A stretch of DNA of 64,000 nucleotides from an uncultured virus (IMG/VR IMGVR_UViG_3300026125_000001) (lineage: Duplodnaviria > Heunggongvirae > Uroviricota > Caudoviricetes), in IMG/VR virus record IMGVR_UViG_3300026125_000001. One strand, written 5' to 3'. Made by a program: the position numbers and the translations under genes. A model generated the notes under the pieces. It did not search any database and was not told the origin of the DNA. It saw only the letters and a list, made by a program, of their open reading frames with translations. How positions within the stretch are numbered: position 1 is the stretch's first letter; each line of letters opens with the position of its first letter. Below, piece after piece: positions 17,302-26,711 of the stretch.

Positions 17302-18587
17302 TACAACTTTTCTCCTGGCTCAAAGCCTCTAAATGATTTAAATCGTGGGAATCTTAGTGAGTATGTCCCGTCTTGGTTTTGGGTTACAGCGTCCGCTTTT
17401 ATCTCAACCAGCTGACCTACCACAGAATCTTTGTCAGCCCATATATCACTGCGCATAGCATCAGATAGACCACTACCGACATTGACCAGAATGTCTTTTC
17501 CGGCATCTCGACCAGCGCATACAAGAGCTCCCGTATTGTTTTCATATTTACCAGTCCCCTCTTGAACATCTGTTACTGTTAATGTTACTTCTATGAATGG
17601 CTTAATTTTTAGCCAAGACTTGGTACGCTTGGTTTCGTATGGAGCCTCGGGATCTTTGATCATCACACCTTCGTAGCCATTTTTAATAGCCATTCTATTA
17701 ATTTCCGCAAAGTGTTTCTGACCTAAATCGGTATCTAAGTCAATAGGCGTTTGGTTTACTACTCGAATACAATATTCAGGTTGTACGGTGTTACGCAAGA
17801 GTTCCGAACGTACACGCTGGGGTGTGGACGAATACCCTGCCGTGAACTCATCAAGAGATACGCAATCGAACAGATATAGGACAGCATCGTCAGTCTGTAC
17901 ATCATCCTTACGGTGTACTTGCTTCATCAAGTCTTGGAATGATGAACTCATCACCTCACCGTCAAAAACAAGGGGGCAACTTTCTACAGCATATTTAGAC
18001 AAAGCTTCTTCTATTTTAGGGAAATTCTCCAAACGCTTTCCGTTCCTTGAGTGTAGGGAAACGCGACCGTCGCTGTACACAATAGCAATAACACGCACAC
18101 CATCAAGCTTGATTTCAACGAGTTTTTCGCCAGACATATTATCGACTTTCGCGCCATCATACGCTAGTTGACAAGAAAACACCGGAACCACTAAAGATTT
18201 ATCCACCTTTTTTGCGACCTTATTCCAAGTGGTAACGTTAACACCGCAGTCCATATTTTTTAGTAGAACACGTCGATAGAACATATTCCATTCAACGTCA
18301 TCTATTGAGGTAGACATCGCCTTGATTTTATCTCGGGCTTCGTTACCAGTCAAACGTCTTGCCGCAAGATTATCAAGCATATGGTAGTAGGATTCGATGT
18401 CAAGGGTATCGTTATCGTGATAGACTTCTTCAACTTTCTTGACTCCGAATGTTTCGAAGGTGTCCAGAGCTCGTTTAAATCCGCGAACAAACTCATTGTT
18501 GGACATAGCGTCAGCTAGGATAGACTCTTTCTCAAGACGGGAGTTGGTTTTACAAAGTTCAATAATGTAGTCAGAAGGCTTCTTCAT
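17301..18587 (-). CDS. 30: ATP-dependent DNA ligase gp30
   Basis: KLDGVR, FDGE, EGVMIK, WLKIK, SLRFPRF. Confidence 0.95.
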   Translation of the reverse strand: MKKPSDYIIELCKTNSRLEKESILADAMSNNEFVRGFKRALDTFETFGVKKVEEVYHDNDTLDIESYYHMLDNLAARRLTGNEARDKIKAMSTSIDDVEWNMFYRRVLLKNMDCGVNVTTWNKVAKKVDKSLVVPVFSCQLAYDGAKVDNMSGEKLVEIKLDGVRVIAIVYSDGRVSLHSRNGKRLENFPKIEEALSKYAVESCPLVFDGEVMSSSFQDLMKQVHRKDDVQTDDAVLYLFDCVSLDEFTAGYSSTPQRVRSELLRNTVQPEYCIRVVNQTPIDLDTDLGQKHFAEINRMAIKNGYEGVMIKDPEAPYETKRTKSWLKIKPFIEVTLTVTDVQEGTGKYENNTGALVCAGRDAGKDILVNVGSGLSDAMRSDIWADKDSVVGQLVEIKADAVTQNQDGTYSLRFPRFKSFRGFEPGEKL

Positions 18588-18753
18588 TGTCAATATCTCT
18601 TTCATCAATTGCGCGATAACAAAGTTTATTATACTCTGCTTTATCATTAAAGTAAAGTTCAGCGAAATCTAAATCAGCAAATCGGATTATATTACCTCGA
18701 TCGTCGCAGTAAGTTTGCCAACCAGCCTCAGTGTATATCTGGACAACATACAT
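18571..18753 (-). CDS. Hypothetical protein (60 aa)
   Basis: Fills the gap with a 17-nt overlap of the ligase start. Confidence 0.5.
   Translation of the reverse strand: MYVVQIYTEAGWQTYCDDRGNIIRFADLDFAELYFNDKAEYNKLCYRAIDERDIDNEEAF
18628..18656 (-). promoter_or_regulatory. Early promoter for ligase
   Basis: TTTACT-N17-TATAAT. Confidence 0.7.
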
Positions 18754-18756
18754 TGC

Positions 18757-18960
18757 CTACCCCCGTTTTGGTTTGAATTTGTAGAAAACCCGCCTCGCGT
18801 CATACGCCAAATACATCAAACATATTGGCGACAGCAAAACAAATATAGGTTCAGCCACAGGGTTTTTGAGGCGATCGACGATAGTTGATCCGATCACAAC
18901 TATTGAAACGAACCATAGAACATCAGGATGAGTCAAAGATTTAATCACGTTTTTCATCAA
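18757..18960 (-). CDS. Small membrane protein
   Basis: Two hydrophobic segments; ATGA overlap. Confidence 0.55.
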   Translation of the reverse strand: MMKNVIKSLTHPDVLWFVSIVVIGSTIVDRLKNPVAEPIFVLLSPICLMYLAYDARRVFYKFKPKRG

Positions 18961-19418
18961 TCTAGCTCCACTAGTTCTACCACAATCGGTCCTTCAATAC
19001 AGTATGTGACTTCTTCATAGTCGTATTCATATTTCTCTTCAGCGTAACTAATAAAGTCAAAATAATCGTCTTCTTCTAGCGACTCATATTCTTCGATTAG
19101 TTCTTCGACCTTTGCCAGATTTTCCGCATCACCAGATTCATACTCTTCCGAATAGCCATCCCATGATGAATCGAACTCAACCTCTTCGAATTCATCAAAA
19201 TCAAAGTTGTCGCAATCATCACCAGCATCTAACATCTCTTGTAGATATTCAACTTCATACTCGTGTATTGGCGTCACCTTAATTGTGCCTGAACGCCATA
19301 CAGTAATTCGGTCAAATGACGGCATGCCTTCCATCGTTGAGGTGAGGAAGTTATCCTCAACAAAAGTCTTTTTGTATTTGTTTGATACAGAGTAGGTTTT
19401 ACCGAGTTCGATTTTCAT
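18957..19418 (-). CDS. Highly acidic hypothetical protein
   Basis: D/E-rich ORF in early cluster. Confidence 0.65.
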   Translation of the reverse strand: MKIELGKTYSVSNKYKKTFVEDNFLTSTMEGMPSFDRITVWRSGTIKVTPIHEYEVEYLQEMLDAGDDCDNFDFDEFEEVEFDSSWDGYSEEYESGDAENLAKVEELIEEYESLEEDDYFDFISYAEEKYEYDYEEVTYCIEGPIVVELVELD

Positions 19419-19432
19419 AATATTATACCTTC

Positions 19433-19840
19433 TCAAAGATTAAAAAATTTGTTCACGATTTCTTCGCGTTTGGCATAACCGATACCCAAACTCCAGAGGA
19501 AGTATTCGACGTTGTCTTCTTCAGTTTCTTTCATCATACAACGAAGTGCTGCTTTCCAATCACCCACACCTGATGCCATCAGATTCTGGAGGTCAGCCTT
19601 GAACGATTCAAGAGCTTCAGCTTCGCGCTGTTCTTCAAGGGCAATGTCGGCTTGCATCTTATCCATCATTCTATCAAGCGCATTGTTGAAACCCCACTCG
19701 CTCATGTTCACCCAAGAATCCCACTCAACACCACGAGGACGGTATCCGTAGACATCTTTGTGGAAGTCAGAGAAGCAGATATCCTCCATCTCAGCAATAC
19801 GAGCGTGGGACATTGCTGGGGTAGTAATTTTCATAGTCAT
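19433..19840 (-). CDS. Hypothetical early protein
   Basis: SDFHKDVYGYRPR motif; SD and early promoter. Confidence 0.7.
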   Translation of the reverse strand: MTMKITTPAMSHARIAEMEDICFSDFHKDVYGYRPRGVEWDSWVNMSEWGFNNALDRMMDKMQADIALEEQREAEALESFKADLQNLMASGVGDWKAALRCMMKETEEDNVEYFLWSLGIGYAKREEIVNKFFNL

Positions 19841-19870
19841 AACAAAGTTCCTCAATCAATTTATACATGT

Positions 19871-19899
19871 ATTATAGCAATTGATCGATAAAAAGTAAA
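19871..19899 (-). promoter_or_regulatory. Early promoter
   Basis: TTTACT-N17-TATAAT. Confidence 0.8.
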
Positions 19900-19928
19900 G
19901 CTTTTTGTTATATCAATTTAGAATATGT

Positions 19929-20165
19929 CTATTCTCTTTTATACCATTTGTACCTAATATGGTTAGGGTCATAGAACTCGACGACATCTTCGGTGACAGA
20001 GATAATCTCATCAACTTCTATGACTTCGTTATCTAACCTTAGTTTACATTCTTGGATGGGAGGGGAATCGTATGAGTATTGGTATACATCATTTTCTTTG
20101 TGGATTTCGGTGGATTCTTTTGTTTCTATGTGAGTGAATCGACTCTCAACTATGTACATTTTCAA
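19929..20165 (-). CDS. Hypothetical protein
   Basis: Co-oriented ORF filling the gap. Confidence 0.5.
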   Translation of the reverse strand: MKMYIVESRFTHIETKESTEIHKENDVYQYSYDSPPIQECKLRLDNEVIEVDEIISVTEDVVEFYDPNHIRYKWYKRE

Positions 20166-20193
20166 TGCCCTTAATTCAGATACGGTACATTCC

Positions 20194-20439
20194 CTATTTA
20201 GGGATAGGCAAGTTTGACCACTTCCGGAGTTTCAGCAATTTCTTATGAGCATTTGCCTGTAGCTCTTCGTCCGTGATCAACCCACACTCAAGGAACAATC
20301 CCAACATAGCAGCAACGTCACCTAGCTCCTGTTTGATGTTATCCATATTACCGCCAAAGCGCATACGTTTGGAGAGCGCCATTTGTAGCTCGGCGCACTC
20401 CTCCATGGTTATAATCATTAATTCATCTTCTACGTTCAT
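20194..20439 (-). CDS. Small MazG-like NTP pyrophosphohydrolase
   Basis: EECAEL..SK..QELGDV. Confidence 0.75.
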   Translation of the reverse strand: MNVEDELMIITMEECAELQMALSKRMRFGGNMDNIKQELGDVAAMLGLFLECGLITDEELQANAHKKLLKLRKWSNLPIPK

Positions 20440-22970
20440 CCAAAGAAATCCTCAATACTTACACGCTCTTCAGCAGACCAGCCAATCGCATCTAGAATCG
20501 GAGTAATCGCATCGAGGAACGTTTTGTTAAACATCGTCTCATAGTCCACATACTTGTGAAGCTGAAGCTCTTCGGGCAAGTAATCAGGATAAGAGATAAC
20601 GTTCTCGCCTATCGGGTTTGGTTTCTTCAAGTAACAGAACTTGACCTTATCGCCATTCTGTATTTTTGGATAAACCTTCAACCCTTTTTGCTCAAGCGTA
20701 TGGTTATACATCAAAGCACCGCGAACGTGGATCGGAGTGCCCTTCTTGTAGATATTACTACGATCGCGCCACTTAATAACGTCAGAGACGCCTCGAGGGA
20801 AGCTTACAGACTCTGGCGGCTGATTCGTAAAGTAACCCTTAAACTGAGCAATCGCCTTCTGAGTATTGCTCTCGGAGCCTGTCATGATGACTTTGAATAG
20901 TTCCTTCATAGCATCGCGACAAATCCCTGGGGTCGAAGACTTGACCGCCTCAATACCCATCATCTTAAGTTTAGGTTCTTTGTACTCGACGCCTTCAGAG
21001 TTATGAACGTTCAGGATATAACGTTTCTTGGCTACCCATACACCACGGTCGGCAATTACCTCACGTTCCATAACCATCTTATCTTCATAAGCGTTCATGT
21101 ACTCGGCGAGCTCTTTGTATGCCTTCGCAATCATTGGTTCAAACTGATCTTTACAAATCTTATCGATCAGCGCGACTGTTTCTTTGACTGGTTTGTCTTT
21201 GTAACCAAGCTTCTCAACCAGAGGACCAAAGTCAACGTAGTTAGAATCAGTATCAATAGCGATGACATAATCATAATTCTTAGTCCCCACGACTTTATTC
21301 ATGAAGCCATTAAATGCCTTTTCAGCCCACTTGATAGCCAGCTGACCGTACAACGTAATCGCCTCCGCCATACGCAGGTCAAAGTGACGGAAGTAACGGT
21401 TGCCCAATGCGCCATAAAGTGAGTTCATCAAGATCTTAATAGCCATCTGTTTATTATTCAGAGTCGATATCTTTTTCTCGAGTTGGTACACGTCATCCTT
21501 CGTATATCCGCTCGTTTGTTTAAGGTCAACCAATTCTTGCTCAGCGCGAAGCATTTCCTTCTTAGCCATTTTACGTTCAGCGTACATCTCTTCGATTATT
21601 GTAGGGATAACGCCACGCTGATCCTTCCGGAACATCGCACCATTAGGGGCAACGGCATACTCTCCTGGGTTCATCTCAACTTTGTCGAGGCAGCTTTCTA
21701 CGCTGATCGACCCCATCGTACCATCATGAATAGTCTCGGGAGACATATTGCCCTGCATGATAAGGTGGGGGTACAGAGAGTTCAAGTCAAAAGAAACGAC
21801 CCAGTTATGTAGACCAACCTTTGGTGCTTTAACGTAACCACCCGCAAATTCAGTCTTGAACTTCTCTTCGTTGGGCTGAAGGACAACGCCTTTGTCGTGA
21901 AGGTCTCGGTATATGATAGAGTCCCAAATACCAGTAGTCCCGAGCGTTTCGGAGTAGTTCACGCCACCGCGATAAGCCAGTGTCATAGCTAGGGTAATCA
22001 AGCCCATCTTATCTTCAAGTCGCTGAACAAGGAGCACGTCCTTGACGTTGTAGTCAATGAACAGCTGATGGTCTTCGACGTATAGGTTGAACAAGTTACC
22101 GAACTCTTCATAACTCAGTTTCTTTTCGCCCAGGATTACGTGAGCAATGTGGTCAAGCTTGTAGCTTTCCTGGGCTGAGTATGTGAACTTCTTGAACAGT
22201 TCTAGGAAGTCTAGCTCGGCGATACCAGAGAGCTCGTATCGCTGTACATCGCGACCGTTGATCTTAGAATTACGCTCGTTGACTAACCCCCATGGACTTA
22301 GTTTCTTCACCATGTCTGAACCGAGGACTTTGCCTATACGGTTCACAAGGTACGGAATATCAAAGAAACGGGTGTTCCAACCAGTCACTACATCTGGACA
22401 ATGTAGCGGGGATGACCAATGCGACACGAACTGCATAAGTAGGGTTGCTTCGTCTTTACACTGGCGGTATTCAATCTTCACGTCTTTCAGGTCTTCGTGA
22501 CGTTTGCTGTAGTCATAGTCCTTAGTACCCCAAACGATATATGTGTCATCCTTAGAAGATTTCATACAAATTGCGGTTACAGGATAAGCAGCTTCATCTG
22601 GTTCCGGAAACCCATCTGCTGAGTAGACCTCGATGTCGATTGAGGCAACGTCAATATCTTCACGAGAGAACGCAATGTTCTTGCCTGGGAATTTCTCTTG
22701 GATATACTGTACAACGTAATTTGTATTGCCATAGACTTTAAAGTTAGGCATATCACGGTACTGCTCCATGAACTCTTTTGCGTCTCGCATAGAGTCAAAG
22801 TTCACGTGAGATACGGGGCAACCATCTAGGGCGAAAGTACTAGACTTCGCGTCTGGGACAAATAGGGTCGGCTTGAACTTAATCTTATCCTGTACACGCT
22901 GACCGTTCTTGTATCCTCGGTAGAGAAGGGAATTACCAAAGCGTTCAACTGATGTGTAAAATTCAGACAA
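20436..22970 (-). CDS. 43: Family B DNA polymerase gp43 (probable TTG start)
   Basis: DIE exonuclease, FDLNSLYP, KILMNSLYG, IDTDS, KKRY. Confidence 0.97.
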   Translation of the reverse strand: MSEFYTSVERFGNSLLYRGYKNGQRVQDKIKFKPTLFVPDAKSSTFALDGCPVSHVNFDSMRDAKEFMEQYRDMPNFKVYGNTNYVVQYIQEKFPGKNIAFSREDIDVASIDIEVYSADGFPEPDEAAYPVTAICMKSSKDDTYIVWGTKDYDYSKRHEDLKDVKIEYRQCKDEATLLMQFVSHWSSPLHCPDVVTGWNTRFFDIPYLVNRIGKVLGSDMVKKLSPWGLVNERNSKINGRDVQRYELSGIAELDFLELFKKFTYSAQESYKLDHIAHVILGEKKLSYEEFGNLFNLYVEDHQLFIDYNVKDVLLVQRLEDKMGLITLAMTLAYRGGVNYSETLGTTGIWDSIIYRDLHDKGVVLQPNEEKFKTEFAGGYVKAPKVGLHNWVVSFDLNSLYPHLIMQGNMSPETIHDGTMGSISVESCLDKVEMNPGEYAVAPNGAMFRKDQRGVIPTIIEEMYAERKMAKKEMLRAEQELVDLKQTSGYTKDDVYQLEKKISTLNNKQMAIKILMNSLYGALGNRYFRHFDLRMAEAITLYGQLAIKWAEKAFNGFMNKVVGTKNYDYVIAIDTDSNYVDFGPLVEKLGYKDKPVKETVALIDKICKDQFEPMIAKAYKELAEYMNAYEDKMVMEREVIADRGVWVAKKRYILNVHNSEGVEYKEPKLKMMGIEAVKSSTPGICRDAMKELFKVIMTGSESNTQKAIAQFKGYFTNQPPESVSFPRGVSDVIKWRDRSNIYKKGTPIHVRGALMYNHTLEQKGLKVYPKIQNGDKVKFCYLKKPNPIGENVISYPDYLPEELQLHKYVDYETMFNKTFLDAITPILDAIGWSAEERVSIEDFFG

Positions 22971-23008
22971 TGTTTTATCTCCATAATGAAAAAGGGCATA
23001 TACCGATA

Positions 23009-23037
23009 AGTATACGCCCATTGAGTTCAAAAGTAAA
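23009..23037 (-). promoter_or_regulatory. Early promoter for gp43
   Basis: TTTACT-N17-TATACT. Confidence 0.75.
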
Positions 23038-23042
23038 GCACT

Positions 23043-23324
23043 TTATACAATTATTTTCTTGTCCGGAACCTTGATACCAGTAGTGGCTTCACGGTAGTGG
23101 TCAGCCATCTCAGTGACTGGCTCGAACATAAACATAACAGTATTCAAGTTAATGTCAAGCGTCTTATCGCGCATGTACGGGATCCAAGTCGCAAAGGTCA
23201 GCTTTCCGTCCTCGGTGGGGAGGAGAATTAGCGGGGATTCAATGTTTAGATTAACACCCTCAACAGCATTAACTTTCGCGATGATTTCTTCACCAGTGGT
23301 CAAGCGGATTACTTTAGTTGTCAT
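23043..23324 (-). CDS. Conserved small beta-barrel (Sm/SH3-like) phage protein
   Basis: VIRLTTGEEIIA; similar to 37776..38162. Confidence 0.6.
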   Translation of the reverse strand: MTTKVIRLTTGEEIIAKVNAVEGVNLNIESPLILLPTEDGKLTFATWIPYMRDKTLDINLNTVMFMFEPVTEMADHYREATTGIKVPDKKIIV

Positions 23325-23333
23325 AATAATTCC

Positions 23334-23852
23334 TTATAGTCGTTCAATTACATATTCAGGCGAAGATACGTCATATGGGTCGATTGGACAGTTATCCATA
23401 ATATCGGCTTCTTGCCAAATGTTTTTAATTTCTAGATCTTCTACGAGCATAGCGTAACGCCAGCTGCGCTTACCGAACCCAAGATTAGTTTTATCCACAA
23501 GCATACCCAGCCCATCAGCAAAGTCACCATTGCCATCTGGTAGCAGCTTAACGTTATCTAGCCCTTGAGCCTTTCCCCACTGGTACATAACAAACGCATC
23601 GTTTACTGAGGTACACCAGATTTCATCTACACCCTTTGCTGTAAATTCATCGTACATTTCTTCATAGCCAGGAAGCTGTGAGTTGGAACAGGTAGGGGTA
23701 AATGCTCCAGGGAGTCCAAAGATTACTACTTTCTTATTAGCAAATAGGTCTTTGGTTGTTTTGTAAACCCACTTGAACGGGTTTTCACCGCCAATGGATT
23801 CATCACGTTCACGCATATAAAAAGTCACATCAGGTAGTAGCATATTATTCAC
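23334..23852 (-). CDS. Peroxiredoxin (Prx5 type)
   Basis: PGAFTPTCS, SVNDAFVM, RSWRYAM. Confidence 0.9.
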   Translation of the reverse strand: MNNMLLPDVTFYMRERDESIGGENPFKWVYKTTKDLFANKKVVIFGLPGAFTPTCSNSQLPGYEEMYDEFTAKGVDEIWCTSVNDAFVMYQWGKAQGLDNVKLLPDGNGDFADGLGMLVDKTNLGFGKRSWRYAMLVEDLEIKNIWQEADIMDNCPIDPYDVSSPEYVIERL

Positions 23853-23859
23853 CTATAAT

Positions 23860-23880
23860 AAAAACCCCGCTTGGCGGGGT
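23860..23880 (-). terminator. Rho-independent terminator
   Basis: ACCCCGC-CAA-GCGGGGT-TTTT. Confidence 0.8.
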
Positions 23881-23897
23881 GTGGGTTTAAGGGTTTA

Positions 23898-24104
23898 TTA
23901 GTCTTTCTTAGAAACGAAAGAATAGAACTCTTTAGCCTTTTCCATGAGGTCTTCAACAGTATACATTGTTGGCATAGCAGTAGAGCCGACTGCTTCGCTC
24001 ATCTTCTGCGCCACCTCAAGGTTGAGGGCATACTGTTTGTCCATGTAATCCTTAGCCATTGCTAGGATTTCTGTACGAATTTCAAACGGGTTTTTAGTTG
24101 ACAT
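23898..24104 (-). CDS. Conserved hypothetical protein
   Basis: AAGGAG SD; KNPFEIR.EIL.MAK. Confidence 0.7.
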   Translation of the reverse strand: MSTKNPFEIRTEILAMAKDYMDKQYALNLEVAQKMSEAVGSTAMPTMYTVEDLMEKAKEFYSFVSKKD

Positions 24105-24137
24105 ATTAGTCTCCTTGTGTGTGTTGTGTATTATATA

Positions 24138-24290
24138 TTAAAGTTTTACTTCGCCGCGTTCAATCTGACGTATTCTGTTTTCCAGTTCAACCATAGATGA
24201 CGAGGAAGCAAGATATTCTTCAACACGGTCGCGATAGCGCTCGTATGAATCTTTGCTCAATTCTTTAAGAACAGCTTTCAACCAGTTCAT
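24138..24290 (-). CDS. DUF3563-like small protein
   Basis: EEYLASS..ELENR.RQIERG; ATGA overlap. Confidence 0.55.
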   Translation of the reverse strand: MNWLKAVLKELSKDSYERYRDRVEEYLASSSSMVELENRIRQIERGEVKL

Positions 24291-24478
24291 TTCAGTGCCC
24301 CTTCTTTCTGTTTGACTTTGATGTCTGCTACAATCTGGTGCAGAGACCAATCAGAAGGATATTCATGAGCCATGTAATGCGCTAGTTTAAAGTAGGCTTC
24401 TTCTTTTCTAGAACGGACTGCCGCAATAGCAGCCCGTTTGATAGTGTGTTTAACACTGCGTTTAATTTTACCGAACAT
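24287..24478 (-). CDS. Hypothetical protein
   Basis: SD and late promoter upstream. Confidence 0.6.
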   Translation of the reverse strand: MFGKIKRSVKHTIKRAAIAAVRSRKEEAYFKLAHYMAHEYPSDWSLHQIVADIKVKQKEGALK

Positions 24479-24517
24479 TTTGAGTTTCCTTGTGTGTTGT
24501 GTTCGTTACGATAAAAT

Positions 24518-24525
24518 TATTTATA
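24518..24525 (-). promoter_or_regulatory. Late promoter TATAAATA
   Basis: Exact consensus, intergenic. Confidence 0.75.
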
Positions 24526-24536
24526 CTTTAGTATAA

Positions 24537-24989
24537 CTATTCAGTGAGATATATTGATTCTGTTTTCTTATCTACATCATTACTTATACTAATGTATCGA
24601 GGCTTGTCCTCTTCCGGTACAAACTTATGAAGTTCAATTTGAAGCATACCGTTTGTCATGCTGGCACCGATAACTTCGATGTTATCAGCAATTGTAAACG
24701 TTTTGCGGAACTTCTTAGTCGATACGCCTTTGTGTAGGAATACCACACCGTCAACATTTGAACCGTAGTCCTTAGTTGTTTGAACGGTTAGGGTATCTTT
24801 CTCGAGAACGATTTCAATATCCTCTTGACGGTAGCCAGCAAGCGCGAGCTCAAGAACGAAGTCTTCGTCATTGTCGTCAAACTTTAGGATATTGTGTGGA
24901 GGGTAGCCTGGATTCTGCTGATGAGCCATACGGTCAATTTTGTCAAACAGAGTTTCGAAGCCAACGAATGATGGGTGATTGATTGTCAT
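24537..24989 (-). CDS. hsp20: Small heat shock protein (Hsp20/IbpA-like)
   Basis: YPPHNI, LALAGY, LHKGVS..F.KTF, NGML.I.L. Confidence 0.92.
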   Translation of the reverse strand: MTINHPSFVGFETLFDKIDRMAHQQNPGYPPHNILKFDDNDEDFVLELALAGYRQEDIEIVLEKDTLTVQTTKDYGSNVDGVVFLHKGVSTKKFRKTFTIADNIEVIGASMTNGMLQIELHKFVPEEDKPRYISISNDVDKKTESIYLTE

Positions 24990-24995
24990 AAGACA

Positions 24996-25017
24996 TTCTC
25001 CTTTTATTAAGCAAGAA
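24996..25017 (-). promoter_or_regulatory. ROSE-like RNA thermometer hairpin
   Basis: UUCUUGCUU pairs with SD AAGGAGAA leaving a bulged G. Confidence 0.65.
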
Positions 25018-25059
25018 TTTAATTTTAAATGGTGAGCCGGACTATTCCGCACTCACCTT

Positions 25060-25067
25060 TATTTATA
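25060..25067 (-). promoter_or_regulatory. Late promoter TATAAATA for hsp20
   Basis: Exact consensus. Confidence 0.75.
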
Positions 25068-25068
25068 C

Positions 25069-25323
25069 TCAATCGAAGTATGCTAGAACACTTTTTTCTG
25101 AAATAAATGCTCCAATTTGTCCTTCGTGAGTCACTGGTACAGCGTCAGACCATTTGACGTAACACTTCATACCAGCTTTGACGCCTTTAGCGTCCGGACC
25201 AGCAGCCAGTACAACTGCTGGTTTATTACCTGTCTCAATATCTCGAGACAGTACGATACCGCTTGCTGTAGTGGTATCCTTTTTCATTTCCGCGATAAAC
25301 AAATTATCATATGTAGGTTTCAT
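25069..25323 (-). CDS. GroES-like co-chaperonin (gp31 counterpart)
   Basis: KP.YD, TTASGIVL mobile loop, VLAAGP. Confidence 0.8.
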   Translation of the reverse strand: MKPTYDNLFIAEMKKDTTTASGIVLSRDIETGNKPAVVLAAGPDAKGVKAGMKCYVKWSDAVPVTHEGQIGAFISEKSVLAYFD

Positions 25324-25733
25324 TTCGCAATTCCAATATTATATTTTGGGCATAGTTCCCAGTTATGTTTATCTTTGAATGAGATCACTTTAATCTGGCG
25401 AAGCGGAGCAACATTTTTAGACTGCTCTTTATCTACCACATCAATAAGACCCCAATCACTCAAAAGCGTAGCTATAGTGTTTCTTCGCTGAACATCATTC
25501 TCTAGTAAGTTGCTCGACTTTCCGTCTAGCAAGAATAGTTCCTTAAAATGAACAATAAAGTACCTGCCCTGCTTATGTAGGATATGGCATGACTGATATA
25601 GTTTATTGTCTTTGCGGGATGCTACGCCAATTCGGGTTAAGGTTTCGCGAACCTTAAGGAAGTCATCCGGCTCATTTAGTGTTACTTCAAGTAACATGGC
25701 TGGAGACCATTCTATTGTTTTATTTTCTTCCAC
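25320..25733 (-). CDS. regA: Translational repressor RegA
   Basis: DFLKVRETLTRIG, LYQSCHILHK, HFKELF.LDG. Confidence 0.95.
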   Translation of the reverse strand: MEENKTIEWSPAMLLEVTLNEPDDFLKVRETLTRIGVASRKDNKLYQSCHILHKQGRYFIVHFKELFLLDGKSSNLLENDVQRRNTIATLLSDWGLIDVVDKEQSKNVAPLRQIKVISFKDKHNWELCPKYNIGIAK

Positions 25734-26103
25734 CCTTATACGTCCTTCTCTTTAACTCTTCAATTTGTTCATTAGTTAGTAAGGTCAAAGCGTGACGAGC
25801 TTTTTCGGTGCTATATCCATAATATTCTTTGACCACTTCAAGGTCGGAAGACTTCTCAGGTTTAAACCATTTAGAGAATCTCTTCCGTTTCCTAATAATA
25901 TTTATAAGAAAATCGTTCTGAAGTTTCTTATCTATTTTGTGGTGCATGTTCATAACATTAGCGAGCCTAACAGTGTCATCAAAGTACGACAACCCCATAT
26001 TAACCTTGAAGGGGACGTACTGTTTCTCGGTTTCAGCATCAACAATAAGTTGTTCTTTGCTGTAGTTTATTGCGTTCAAAAAATCAAAAGGTGAATATGC
26101 CAT
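25720..26103 (-). CDS. 62: Clamp loader small subunit gp62
   Basis: RKRKRFSKW, VKEYYGYS.EKA; upstream of regA. Confidence 0.9.
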   Translation of the reverse strand: MAYSPFDFLNAINYSKEQLIVDAETEKQYVPFKVNMGLSYFDDTVRLANVMNMHHKIDKKLQNDFLINIIRKRKRFSKWFKPEKSSDLEVVKEYYGYSTEKARHALTLLTNEQIEELKRRTYKGGRK

Positions 26104-26105
26104 AA

Positions 26106-26711
26106 TCAATCCCAAGGTGGTTCATCAGAATACAACAACCGAATAATGTATTGCATACGCATAACGTCCATAGAGATATCGTGACGAGGGTCATGCGCAT
26201 CAAACTTTTCTTTCAGGTCATCGGGTATAAAGCTATTTGAAATATCAGAACCGTATGTCAGCCCGTCTATAAACGAACGGGTGTCCCGAATATTCCACCA
26301 GCTGTAAGGGTAATTATACTCTTCTAATTGACGAAAGTAAATATCAGTGATAACAGGATCGAAAGTATTTCCTCGAGTCCATATAGTTGTTTTCTTATCT
26401 ACTAACGAATTAAAAATCGAAGGTATATTAGAAACCGATAAGTCATCCTGGCTAGGTTTTAACTGAGCATCGCGGACTTCCTTAGGGACGTTCTGCCACC
26501 AGTCTAACGTTTCTTTATCAATAACCCTTTTGTATCGCTCAATTTGTTCAGCAACATTAAACTTGTACAGAACACATGACTCTACTAGCTCAGGGAAAGT
26601 ATACGGATTGGTTTTGAACCTTTCCCTGTCGAACTTTAGTGTCGCCAGCGTAACCACCGGAACCGACTCAACTTTAGCTGAGAGGGTCTCATAATCATAT
26701 ATTAAGTCCAT
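26106..26711 (-). CDS. dexA: DexA-like 3'-5' exonuclease
   Basis: DYET, W.RGNTFD, RDTRS, HDP.HD. Confidence 0.85.
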   Translation of the reverse strand: MDLIYDYETLSAKVESVPVVTLATLKFDRERFKTNPYTFPELVESCVLYKFNVAEQIERYKRVIDKETLDWWQNVPKEVRDAQLKPSQDDLSVSNIPSIFNSLVDKKTTIWTRGNTFDPVITDIYFRQLEEYNYPYSWWNIRDTRSFIDGLTYGSDISNSFIPDDLKEKFDAHDPRHDISMDVMRMQYIIRLLYSDEPPWD

